Shown here: in pieces, positions 46,744-55,637 of the stretch | How the letters are laid out: each line of letters opens with the position of its first letter | Numbering within the stretch: position 1 is the stretch's first letter | Assembly: GCA_964620905.1 (NCBI GenBank) | Contig: CAZUKA010000002.1 | Coordinates: 191,112-255,111 of the forward strand | From: an uncultured Gammaproteobacteria bacterium | GTDB lineage: Bacteria > Patescibacteriota > Patescibacteriia > S139-126 | DNA: 64,000 nucleotides | Direction: 5' to 3' | Program-made: the position numbers and the translations under genes | Notes under the pieces: generated by a model | Databases searched by the model: none | Told to the model about the DNA's origin: nothing | What the model saw: only the letters and a program-made list of their open reading frames with translations

Positions 46744-47487
46744 ATGGCCACCTTATTGACAATAAAAAATTTACATTCCCAAATTGAAGATAAATTGATT
46801 TTACAAGGGGTCAATTTAACCGTGGCAGCTGGGCGAGTAGTGGCATTGATGGGAAAAAATGGTAGTGGTAAATCAACCCTAGCTCATGTATTGATGGGAA
46901 ACCCTGATTATCAAGTAACTGCTGGTAAAGTATTTTTCACTGGTAAAAATATTTTAAATTTATCTTCAGATGAGCGTGCACGTTTGGGTATGTTTTTAGC
47001 TTTCCAATATCCCTATGAAATACCAGGACTATCGGTTTATCATTTTTTACAAACCGCTACTCAAGCTGTGCGTGGAAAGAAATTCAATAGCAGTGATTTT
47101 AAGCAGGAGTTGAAATCAGCTTTGATTGATTTGAAATTATCAGAAAATTTTTTACAACGTGGTTTGAACGAAGGTTTTTCTGGCGGTGAAAAGAAACGCT
47201 TGGAGATTTTACAACTAAAAATATTGCGTCCCAAACTAGCTATTTTGGACGAGACTGATTCTGGTTTGGATATTGATGCGCTAAAATTGGTGGCGAGTAA
47301 TGTTCAAGGTTTAGTAAAAAAAGGTATGGCCGCTTTGGTCATCACTCATTATCAGCGGTTGTTGAACTTTTTACCACCAAATCAGGTGCAAATAATGCAG
47401 TCAGGTAAAATTGTAAAAAGTGGCTCAGGTGATTTGGTAAAAAAATTGGAGCGCCAAGGATATGATTGGTTGGAGAAAAAGAATTGA
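46744..47487 (+). CDS. sufC: Fe-S cluster assembly ATPase SufC
   Basis: Walker A GKNGSGKST, ABC signature FSGGEKKR, Walker B ILDETDSGLD. Confidence 0.9.
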   Translation: MATLLTIKNLHSQIEDKLILQGVNLTVAAGRVVALMGKNGSGKSTLAHVLMGNPDYQVTAGKVFFTGKNILNLSSDERARLGMFLAFQYPYEIPGLSVYHFLQTATQAVRGKKFNSSDFKQELKSALIDLKLSENFLQRGLNEGFSGGEKKRLEILQLKILRPKLAILDETDSGLDIDALKLVASNVQGLVKKGMAALVITHYQRLLNFLPPNQVQIMQSGKIVKSGSGDLVKKLERQGYDWLEKKN

Positions 47488-47574
47488 GGGTAATTATTAA
47501 TTACTAATAACAAATTACTAATCAATGATTTAATTTTATAATTTCAAATTGAAAATTTATAATTATTATAAATA

Positions 47575-48975
47575 ATGTCTTCAGTAAAAAATATATCAAT
47601 TGATCCAGCTAAATATTATTTTCGCGATAGTCATCGTTCAATATTTCGCACGCCCAAAGGATTGAGTGCTGAAGTTGTAAAACTTATTTCAGCACAAAAG
47701 AAAGAACCAGCGTGGCTGTTGGAAATGCGGCTCAGAGCTTTGGAAGTATTTTATTCAAAACCTCTGCCCAGTTGGGGAGCTGATTTAACCAAAATTGATT
47801 TTTCCGATATTTATTATTATATTAGGCCAGCAGAAGAAAGGGGTGTTACTTGGCAGGATGTTCCCAAAAAAATAAAACAAACATTTGATCGTTTGGGTAT
47901 CCCTCAGGCTGAACGTAAATTTTTGGCAGGAGTTGGTGCTCAATATGAATCAGAGATGATATATCATAGTTTGAAAGACAAGTGGTCAAAGTTGGGGGTA
48001 ATTTTTGCTGATATGTCAGATGCACCAAGTTTGTATCCTGATTTGGTTAAAAAATATTTTGGGAAAATTATTCCTATTCATGACAATAAATTTGCTGCCC
48101 TAAACAGTGCGGTGTGGTCTGGGGGTTCATTTATTTATGTACCCAAAGGAGTAAAAGTAGAAGTACCATTGCAAGCATATTTTCGTATCAATGCCGCTGG
48201 TATGGGACAATTTGAACGAACTTTAATAATCGCTGATGAAGGTTCGGCGGTGCATTATATTGAAGGTTGTACCGCACCGATGTATTCCCAAGATTCTTTG
48301 CATGCCGCGGTGGTAGAATTGGTGGCCTTGCGGGGAGCTCGGATTCGCTATACCACTATTCAAAATTGGTCGCAGAATGTTTATAATTTGGTGACCAAAC
48401 GAGCTTGGGCTGAAGAAGAAGCGGTAGTGGAGTGGATTGATGGCAATTTGGGCAGCAAAGTAACTATGAAATATCCGTGTGTGATTCTAAAAGGAAGAAA
48501 AGCCAAAGCGGAAATTATTTCAGTGGCTTTTGCCAACCAGAATCAGCATCAGGATGCTGGTAGTAAAGTGATTCATTTGGCACCTGAGACCAGTTCCAAT
48601 GTGATTGCTAAATCAATTGCCAAAGGTAATGGCCGGACTAGTTATCGCGGTTTAGTACAAGTAGTACCGCAAGCAGGTAAAGTAAAAGTTAAGGTTAAAT
48701 GTGATGCGTTATTGATTGACGCAGAATCACGGAGTGATACTTACCCAACTATGAAAATTGACAATGATGATGTCAGTATTGAGCATGAGGCAACTGTAGC
48801 AAAAATTGGTGAGCAACAGCTTTATTATCTACAATCTCGGGGTTTGGATACAGAAACAGCCGAACGCTTGATTGTGTCCGGATTTTTTGAAGTATTTGCC
48901 CGTGAGTTACCAATGGAGTATGCCTTAGAATTAAATCGGTTGCTGGCTATGGAAATGGAAGGGAGTGTGGGCTAG
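47575..48975 (+). CDS. sufB: Fe-S cluster assembly protein SufB
   Basis: 466 aa, SufB/D beta-helix core. Confidence 0.9.
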   Translation: MSSVKNISIDPAKYYFRDSHRSIFRTPKGLSAEVVKLISAQKKEPAWLLEMRLRALEVFYSKPLPSWGADLTKIDFSDIYYYIRPAEERGVTWQDVPKKIKQTFDRLGIPQAERKFLAGVGAQYESEMIYHSLKDKWSKLGVIFADMSDAPSLYPDLVKKYFGKIIPIHDNKFAALNSAVWSGGSFIYVPKGVKVEVPLQAYFRINAAGMGQFERTLIIADEGSAVHYIEGCTAPMYSQDSLHAAVVELVALRGARIRYTTIQNWSQNVYNLVTKRAWAEEEAVVEWIDGNLGSKVTMKYPCVILKGRKAKAEIISVAFANQNQHQDAGSKVIHLAPETSSNVIAKSIAKGNGRTSYRGLVQVVPQAGKVKVKVKCDALLIDAESRSDTYPTMKIDNDDVSIEHEATVAKIGEQQLYYLQSRGLDTETAERLIVSGFFEVFARELPMEYALELNRLLAMEMEGSVG

Positions 48976-50047
48976 GATGAATAAAAGCTTATTTAAAAGT
49001 TATTATGGCCAGAAAAAATTAGCTCACATTGATTGGCCAAAAGTTTTGCGAAGTTGGGCAGTGGTTGATAAGATCAAATCAGATTTTTTTTTAAATCTAA
49101 AAGCTAGTCAAGATATAAGAATTACTGCTAGTGGCCAAGTTAGTTGGCAAATTTTTCGTTTTAATCAAGCACCCAAAGCTTGGCAACAAAAATATTTAAC
49201 CAGTTTGACTGGTATTAACTGGTTAGCTCAAGCTGCTTTAGCCGTTATCAAAAATCATTGGGTGGTTGGTATAAAAATTTCTGGACCCAGTATACTGTCT
49301 TGGCAAATTAAATCAGCCAACCCAGCAGGTATTTATTTTTATATTCAGGGTGAGGGAGAAATTACTATCAAAGAAGAGCAAATAAAACCAGCTTGTCAAT
49401 TGGTGATGATAGAGGTCGGTAATTTTATAAAATTAAATTATAGTTTAAATAAAAAACAACAGACAGGATCTTCAGTTTTGTCTTACCAGGCGCGTTTAAA
49501 CAAACAAACTGTTTGTCAGTGGGAAGTAGGAATAAAAAACAAAGCCTGGCTCGTAGGTTCTTTTAGTTCATACTTAGTGGGAGTTGGTAGCGTCAGTAAT
49601 TATATAGTGGGCGGTAGGGTATTGGGACAAGCAAAAACTTATTTAAATTTTATCAATCAACACTTATCTCCCCACACTACTGGGGATATGCTGATTAAAT
49701 CCGTGGGTGAGGATAAATCGCAAACTATACTGGAAGGGCTGATTGCTATCGGAAATAAATCAGCCAATACTAACTCATATTTACAAGAGGATGCTTTGTT
49801 GTTATCTTCTCAAGCTAGGGCTTCAGCTTTACCCAATTTAGAAATATTAAACCGTGATGTTAAAGCTTCACACGGAGCTACGGTGGGAAGGATTGATGAA
49901 ACTATGCTTTATTATCTAACGAGTCGCGGTTTAACTAAAGTTTTAGCCAAAGAACTTATACTGACTGGATTTTTTCATTCGCTTGGTAGTAGAATTACAG
50001 ATAGCCATCGGCAAACCAAATTATTTAATTTGTTATTAGCTAAATAG
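48965..50047 (+). CDS. sufD: Fe-S cluster assembly protein SufD (divergent)
   Basis: C-terminal HGATVGRIDETMLYYLTSRGL SufB/D family region; operon position. Confidence 0.65.
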   Translation: MWARMNKSLFKSYYGQKKLAHIDWPKVLRSWAVVDKIKSDFFLNLKASQDIRITASGQVSWQIFRFNQAPKAWQQKYLTSLTGINWLAQAALAVIKNHWVVGIKISGPSILSWQIKSANPAGIYFYIQGEGEITIKEEQIKPACQLVMIEVGNFIKLNYSLNKKQQTGSSVLSYQARLNKQTVCQWEVGIKNKAWLVGSFSSYLVGVGSVSNYIVGGRVLGQAKTYLNFINQHLSPHTTGDMLIKSVGEDKSQTILEGLIAIGNKSANTNSYLQEDALLLSSQARASALPNLEILNRDVKASHGATVGRIDETMLYYLTSRGLTKVLAKELILTGFFHSLGSRITDSHRQTKLFNLLLAK

Positions 50048-50054
50048 TAAATTT

Positions 50055-51302
50055 GTGAGTTCACAACCTGAGAACGATATTAAAAAAGATTTTCCAATTT
50101 TTAAACAAGCCAAGGTCAAACACCGACCCTGGGTGTATTTGGATAGTGCTGCCACCAGTCAAAAGCCCCGTAGCGTGATTAATGCGGTGGCAGATTGGTA
50201 CGAGCGTTTCAATGCCAATATTCACAGGGGTGTTTATGAACTGGCGGAGAACGCCACAGTTAAATACGATCTAGCCAGACAAGTGGTAGCGGGTTTTATC
50301 AAAGCTGAAAGTTCCAGGCAAATAATTTTTACCAAAGGTACCACCGAGGGGATAAATTTGGTAGCCGGAGCTTGGGGTAGAAAAAATTTACGAGCTGGAG
50401 ATACAATTTTACTTACTACCATGGAACACCATGCCAACTTGGTACCCTGGCAGGAGTTGGCCAAGGAAAAAAAATTGCAATTGAAATTTTTGGAATTTGA
50501 TAAGAACGGAGAGTTGATTTTAGATAATTTAGATAAACAATTAGCAAGCGTTAAACTGGTAAGTCTAGTATATGTGTCCAATGTTTTAGGGACTATCAAT
50601 CCAGTTAAAAAAATAATCAGCCACTGTCATAAAAAAAATATTCCCGTACTAATTGATGCTGCGCAGGCGGTGCCCCATCTGCCAATTGATGTTCAGAAAT
50701 TAGATTGTGACTTTTTGGTTTTTTCCGGTCATAAAATGTTAGGCCCTACTGGTATAGGTGTGTTTTATGCTAAAAAAAATAGATTAGAACAAATGTCTGT
50801 CTACCAGACTGGTGGCGATATGATAAAAGAAGTAACTTTGAAAACCAGTACCTATACATCTTATCCGCAAAAATTCGAAGCTGGTACGCAAAACCTATCG
50901 TCAGCAGTGGGATTGGCTGAAGCAATAGTTTATTTGCAAGCGATTGGCATGGAGAGAGTCTCTAGACATGATCAAATGTTGGTTGGTTATGCCTATGAGC
51001 AAATGAAAAAAATAAAGTCAGTAGAAATTTATGGTCCCAAAACTATTAAACGTTCTGGCAGTATCGCTTTCAATGTACAAAGTATTCACGCTCATGACTT
51101 AGCCACCTTTCTCGCTCAGCGGGGGATTTGTATTAGAGCCGGTCATCATTGTGCCCAGCCGTTGCATGAATGTTTAAAAATTTCTGCTTCGGCTCGGGTG
51201 AGTTTTTATATTTATAATGACAAGCATGATGTTGATTATTTTATTACCGCTTTAAAAGAAATTATTAAAGAGTGGGAGAAAATAAATAAACTTAATTCGT
51301 AA
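50055..51302 (+). CDS. sufS: cysteine desulfurase SufS (class V aminotransferase)
   Basis: PLP lysine region FSGHKMLGPTG; catalytic Cys loop RAGHHCAQP. Confidence 0.9.
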   Translation: MSSQPENDIKKDFPIFKQAKVKHRPWVYLDSAATSQKPRSVINAVADWYERFNANIHRGVYELAENATVKYDLARQVVAGFIKAESSRQIIFTKGTTEGINLVAGAWGRKNLRAGDTILLTTMEHHANLVPWQELAKEKKLQLKFLEFDKNGELILDNLDKQLASVKLVSLVYVSNVLGTINPVKKIISHCHKKNIPVLIDAAQAVPHLPIDVQKLDCDFLVFSGHKMLGPTGIGVFYAKKNRLEQMSVYQTGGDMIKEVTLKTSTYTSYPQKFEAGTQNLSSAVGLAEAIVYLQAIGMERVSRHDQMLVGYAYEQMKKIKSVEIYGPKTIKRSGSIAFNVQSIHAHDLATFLAQRGICIRAGHHCAQPLHECLKISASARVSFYIYNDKHDVDYFITALKEIIKEWEKINKLNS

Positions 51303-51304
51303 CC

Positions 51305-51667
51305 ATGGATCTCTATCAGCAAAAAATAATGGATCACTATCTACATCCCAAACATCAGGGAAAATTAGTTAAAGCCGATAAAAAGTTTATTGGACAGAAT
51401 AGATCATGTGGCGATAAAGTTGATTTTCAGGTAAAATTGGACAATAAAGGAAAGGTTAAACAAGTAGCTTGGCAGGGGAGTGGTTGTACTATTTCCCAAG
51501 CGGCAGCTTCAATTTTGGCAGATTTTATGGTTGGTAAAAATATTAAACAGGTGCAAAATATAAACCCAGATGATTTTATGCAAGATTTGGAAGTTGAGTT
51601 ATCACCAGCCAGACGTAAATGTGCACTTTTGCCACTTTATACAGTAAAAGAAGAAGAATTAGAATAG
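51305..51667 (+). CDS. sufU: SufU/IscU-like sulfur acceptor
   Basis: Conserved C..D...C...C (NRSCGDKV, GSGCTISQAAAS, KCALL). Confidence 0.75.
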   Translation: MDLYQQKIMDHYLHPKHQGKLVKADKKFIGQNRSCGDKVDFQVKLDNKGKVKQVAWQGSGCTISQAAASILADFMVGKNIKQVQNINPDDFMQDLEVELSPARRKCALLPLYTVKEEELE

Positions 51668-51805
51668 AATTATAAATTATAAAAAAATATCAATAAATTT
51701 ATAATTTAAAATTAATTAAGTATGTACAAAAAGAAAAAACAAGCTCGAAAAAAACAACAAAAGAAACGTGGTAAAAAAATTGGATTACTTCATTACCGCT
51801 AATAA

Positions 51806-51838
51806 AAGCCCCGAGTCATTCGGGGCTTTATTGTTTTG
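51806..51838 (+). terminator. strong intrinsic terminator ending the suf operon
   Basis: AAGCCCCGA-gtcat-TCGGGGCTT then TATTGTTTTG. Confidence 0.65.
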
Positions 51839-52052
51839 ATTATACATTCTTAATTACTAAGAAATTTTTTAACATTTTAAATCAGCTGAAGGCAGTGCGA
51901 AGCAATTTAACAGGGTGAGTTAAAATTGACCAATTTAATCATTGATTAGTAATTATTTATTAATAATTAATAATTATTCCTTAATTCTTACTTCTAATAA
52001 AAGTTATCCACATTGTTTAAAAAAGTTAGTTTTTTTATCCATTTTTAATATC

Positions 52053-52098
52053 TTGACTTTCGGTTTTCTTTCGGTATATACTATACGTATAGTATATA
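52053..52098 (+). promoter_or_regulatory. lexA promoter with a 24-bp perfect palindrome (candidate LexA/SOS box)
   Basis: TTGACT(52053-58)-16/17-TATATA; palindrome TATATACTATACGTATAGTATATA at 52075-52098 overlaps the -10 hexamer, 37 nt upstream of the lexA ATG. Confidence 0.55.
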
Positions 52099-52135
52099 AC
52101 ACATAACATAGAATAAAAATATTTATTATATTTAT

Positions 52136-52759
52136 ATGTCATTAAATGTTCTTACCAAACGGCAAAAACAAATTCTAGATTTTATTATCGGGTTTATTGA
52201 GGAAAACGGCTATGCGCCTACTTATCAGGAAATTGGTGATTATTTTGATTTGTCATCACCAGCAACTATTTACCAACACATTAAAGCTTTGGAAGATAAA
52301 GGTTATTTGAAATCAGAGTACAATGCCAAGCGCTCATTAGAAGTTTTATCAGTCAAGGATGAGTCTATGAGTCTGGCCTTTCAAATTCCTTTGGTTGGGT
52401 TGATTACCGCCGGTGAGCCGATTGAGGCAGTAGAGGAAAATGAAACAATTGCCATTCCTTCCAATTTAGTCGTTAAACAAGAAAATACTTTTGTTTTGAA
52501 AGTAAAAGGTGATTCTATGATTGGTGATGGTATTCTTTCCGGTGATTATGTAGTGGTAGAGAGAAACAATTATCCCCAAAACGGGGATATTATAGTGGCT
52601 TTGCTTGATAATGCTTATGCAACTTTGAAAAGATTTTATCGCGAACAAACTAGGATTAGGTTGCAACCAGCCAACGGCAAATACAAACCAATTTATGTCA
52701 AAGATCTAATCGTGCAAGGAATTGTTAGAGGGGTTATTAGGAATTATCAAAGAATATGA
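52136..52759 (+). CDS. lexA: LexA repressor (S24 autopeptidase)
   Basis: N-terminal winged HTH, cleavage-site region, catalytic GDSM Ser and Lys dyad. Confidence 0.9.
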   Translation: MSLNVLTKRQKQILDFIIGFIEENGYAPTYQEIGDYFDLSSPATIYQHIKALEDKGYLKSEYNAKRSLEVLSVKDESMSLAFQIPLVGLITAGEPIEAVEENETIAIPSNLVVKQENTFVLKVKGDSMIGDGILSGDYVVVERNNYPQNGDIIVALLDNAYATLKRFYREQTRIRLQPANGKYKPIYVKDLIVQGIVRGVIRNYQRI

Positions 52760-52823
52760 AAAATAGAATTTTGAATTTAGAATATTGAATCTAGATTCTA
52801 GACTCAATATTCAAGATTCAGTA

Positions 52824-52948
52824 CACAAATAAAACGCCCGTATCTGGCATAAAGGAAGACACGGACGTTTGCACCAGCCGTTGCCGTCGTGGCAACAAAA
52901 TAAAAGTGGCGCTATTTATATTGTAAGAATTTTTTTGGTCTAGTGCAA
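52824..52948 (-). ncRNA. candidate ~90-nt structured small RNA (minus strand) convergent with lexA
   Basis: Minus-strand TTGCAC(52948-43)-17-TACAAT(52925-20); transcript would span two GC-rich hairpins (GTTGCC/GGCAAC at 52880-96, AAACGCCCGT/ACGGACGTTT at 52832-70) and end at a U-run near 52824; GC-rich island in AT-rich DNA, no ORF. Confidence 0.3.
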
Positions 52949-53009
52949 ATATTTTATAGTTGTGGATAACTTTATTTAAAGAATTATGAATTAAGAAATA
53001 AGAATTAAG

Positions 53010-53145
53010 TATAAATTCTAAATTCAAAGCACTAAATACTAAACAAATTCAAAATCATAAATTAAAATGTTCAAAACAGATAAAAGAGTAGAAAATAATA
53101 AGTTTGAGATTTAAATATTTGAATTTAGATATTGTTTATTATTTG
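53010..53145. repeat. MITE-like AT-rich palindromic intergenic element, copy 2
   Basis: Same arms as copy 1, same orientation, between lexA and dinB. Confidence 0.55.
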
Positions 53146-53456
53146 TTTTAAAAATTATAAAATTAAAAATTTAAAAATTATTTATAAACATATGAAAAAA
53201 AACAAATTTTTTATCAAGCCGTATTTATTAAGCAAAAAACGTAAGTCAGTCTTGCCTCACCGGAGTTTATATTCTTTGACTTTTGGTCATCTACCTCGTT
53301 TTTCCCGCAGTCAATAAATCTAAATTGTTATTTAATTGTATTTATTAGCCTTCATCTCCGCTTACCGTGATGATATGTTGGGGGGTAGGTGGATCACTAG
53401 TTTTATATTTTATTGAAGTAAAACCAGACGAGTAAGTTTGTGAATCTTTATATTCA

Positions 53457-53483
53457 AGATTCTAAATTCTATATTCTATATTC
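53457..53483. repeat. 27-nt repeat AGATTCTAAATTCTATATTCTATATTC, copy 2
   Basis: Identical to 20598-20625; ends 7 nt before the 53490 ORF. Confidence 0.5.
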
Positions 53484-53489
53484 AAAAAA

Positions 53490-53738
53490 ATGCATGAAAA
53501 ATTTAATGAACCAATAGAAGTAGAAGCAGTTTTTTTACGCGATCGAGTTGTACCGAGAAGCTTTGCTTGGCAAGGGGTTATTTACCATATAAAAAATATT
53601 GGTTTGAAACATCATGTATTGTTAGGTAGAGAAAAAATTCATTATTTTTCTGTGTCAGATGGAGTGAATTTTTTTCGTCTGCGTTTTTCCGGTGATAGTT
53701 TAAAGTGGCAACTAGAGGAGATATATAATGAAGGATGA
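53490..53738 (+). CDS. hypothetical protein (82 aa) upstream of dinB
   Basis: Complete ORF; operon-like spacing to the Y-family polymerase gene. Confidence 0.3.
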   Translation: MHEKFNEPIEVEAVFLRDRVVPRSFAWQGVIYHIKNIGLKHHVLLGREKIHYFSVSDGVNFFRLRFSGDSLKWQLEEIYNEG

Positions 53739-53857
53739 ATAATGATTTAAGATTTATGATTTATGAAGTTTTATTTTTGATATATTATTCTTAAATTATA
53801 AGTCCCCGTGCCCTATTAATCTAAATTAGGTAATAGTTCATTATATCTATTTATTTT

Positions 53858-55075
53858 ATGCGACAAGTTATTTTACATATAGATATGAACTCTTATTTTG
53901 CTTCAGTGGAGCAGCAAGCCAATCCTTTGTTGCGCGGTCATCCGGTCGGGGTGTGTGCTTATTTATCAGCTAATGGTTGTATAATTGCCTCTTCAATTGA
54001 AGCTAAAAAGTTCGGCATCAAGACTGGTATGCGAGTTGGTACAGCTAAAAAAATTTGCCCCCAACTTGTCTTACTGGCCAATGATCCTGATAAATATCGT
54101 TTTGTTTCCAGACAAATATTTTCTATATTTAAAAAAATATCCGATGAGGTGGAAATATATTCTATTGATGAAGCTTTTATTGATCTGACTGGTTTGGTAA
54201 AAGATTTTTCCGCCGCCCGAGAGTTGGCTAGGCAGATAAAGGAGGCAATCAAACAACAAGTAGGTAACTATTTAAACTGTTCAATAGGTATTTCTTATAC
54301 CAGGTGGTTGGCAAAGTTTGCTTCTGATATCAGCGGACCTGATGGTTTGACTATTATTGATCAAACTGATTTGCCCCAGTTGTTTAAAAACCGCCCTTTA
54401 CAGCAGGCTTGGGGTATAGGCCAGGCTTTAGCTAGACGTTTACATCTTTTGGGAATAGATGATTTACAGAAATTGCAGCAGAGCTCTTCTGATTTTTTAA
54501 AAAGAAATTTGGGTTGGTATGGATATTATTTGTGGTGCCATTTAAACGGTTTAACAGTAGACAAAGTAGATCAGGAAAGAAATCAAATACCCAAATCAAT
54601 TGGTCATTCTTATTGTTTACCAAAGATAACTGCGGATAAAGGATACTTGTCAGGTATTATGTCTAAGTTAGTTTGGCGGGCAGCTAGTCGTTTGCGTTTA
54701 CTCAAACTACAAACTGGTAGGATAAATTGTGGTTATAGTTGTATTGATGGACAAAGAGTATTTCATAGTTGGAAATTAACCAATTATTTATTTGATTCAG
54801 TGGATATTATAAAACAATCATTAACCTTGTTTGATCAACCCATTAAACCCCAAGTTAATTTTTTGGCGGTTAGTTTAGGAAATTTAGTTCCCAGTACAGG
54901 ACAACTTTCTTTTTTTCGTGATGAAGGTAAAAAGAAAAAAATAAATCAAGCCATAGATAATATCAATGCCAAGTTTGGTGAGTTTACTTTATTGCCTGGT
55001 AATTTGTTGCCCTATAGTAACAATGTACCTGATAGAATAGGTTTTAGAAAAAGTTTTGATAGTATGAGTTTATAA
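53858..55075 (+). CDS. dinB: DNA polymerase IV (Y-family)
   Basis: MRQVILHIDMNSYFASVE catalytic Asp region, SIDEAF, little-finger domain. Confidence 0.9.
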   Translation: MRQVILHIDMNSYFASVEQQANPLLRGHPVGVCAYLSANGCIIASSIEAKKFGIKTGMRVGTAKKICPQLVLLANDPDKYRFVSRQIFSIFKKISDEVEIYSIDEAFIDLTGLVKDFSAARELARQIKEAIKQQVGNYLNCSIGISYTRWLAKFASDISGPDGLTIIDQTDLPQLFKNRPLQQAWGIGQALARRLHLLGIDDLQKLQQSSSDFLKRNLGWYGYYLWCHLNGLTVDKVDQERNQIPKSIGHSYCLPKITADKGYLSGIMSKLVWRAASRLRLLKLQTGRINCGYSCIDGQRVFHSWKLTNYLFDSVDIIKQSLTLFDQPIKPQVNFLAVSLGNLVPSTGQLSFFRDEGKKKKINQAIDNINAKFGEFTLLPGNLLPYSNNVPDRIGFRKSFDSMSL

Positions 55076-55224
55076 TTTTGAAAATTTAATTTATTAATTT
55101 AGGCTTGATTTTTTTTAAAAAGTATGCTATAATTAGTATATATAATGATAATTATAAATTTTAGATTATAGAAAATTTAAGATTATCATAGAAAAAATAT
55201 AAAAATAAAAATTAAAATAAAATT

Positions 55225-55506
55225 ATGTTTAAAAAAATCCAAAATTTACGCTTTGATCGTTTTGCCCACCATTTGGCGGTAGCTAGCTTGGTGGTTTTTT
55301 TGTTGGTTGTTAACTTTACTATGTACAACTATGCTTCAGCTCAAACTGGAGTAGAAATGGATACCAAAATTAATTCGGTTATTATCAGTGTAGCTGATAC
55401 CTATGAACGCAGCGCTACCTATATGTATGAGTATAGCGTGACTTGGGGCGAGTTGTTATTAGAATGGGAAGATTTTATTGTTGATACATATTATCTTACC
55501 AAGTAG
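55225..55506 (+). CDS. hypothetical membrane-anchored protein (93 aa)
   Basis: N-terminal TM, own terminator. Confidence 0.3.
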   Translation: MFKKIQNLRFDRFAHHLAVASLVVFLLVVNFTMYNYASAQTGVEMDTKINSVIISVADTYERSATYMYEYSVTWGELLLEWEDFIVDTYYLTK

Positions 55507-55530
55507 TTAATAATTTTTAAAAATCGCACA

Positions 55531-55560
55531 AAAATCCCGTTTCCTACGGGATTTTTTTTA
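55531..55560 (+). terminator. intrinsic terminator after the 93-aa gene downstream of dinB
   Basis: AAAAATCCCGT-ttccta-CGGGATTTTTTTT. Confidence 0.65.
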
Positions 55561-55592
55561 TAAAATTTGCTATAATTTATCCGTAATTTCTT

Positions 55593-55627
55593 ATTCTTTA
55601 TTCTTAATTCTTAATTCTTAATTCTTA
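55593..55627 (+). repeat. tandem heptanucleotide repeat (ATTCTTA)x4 plus one degenerate unit in the 5' region of the EamA transporter gene
   Basis: Units at 55600, 55607, 55614, 55621; lies between a TATAAT at 55571 and the ATG at 55638. Confidence 0.6.
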
Positions 55628-55637
55628 CTCTATATTT

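Noticed and set aside
52818-53317. ORFs 52818-53027 (-) and 53132-53317 (+, TTG start) in the lexA-dinB spacer
   Set aside because: Low-complexity translations lying across the MITE-like repeat and the GC-rich hairpins; no RBS or conservation cues.
55593-55627. Possible CRISPR array
   Set aside because: Only a 7-nt tandem microsatellite, with no 25-40 nt repeat-spacer periodicity. No cas genes or CRISPR-like repeats anywhere in the window.
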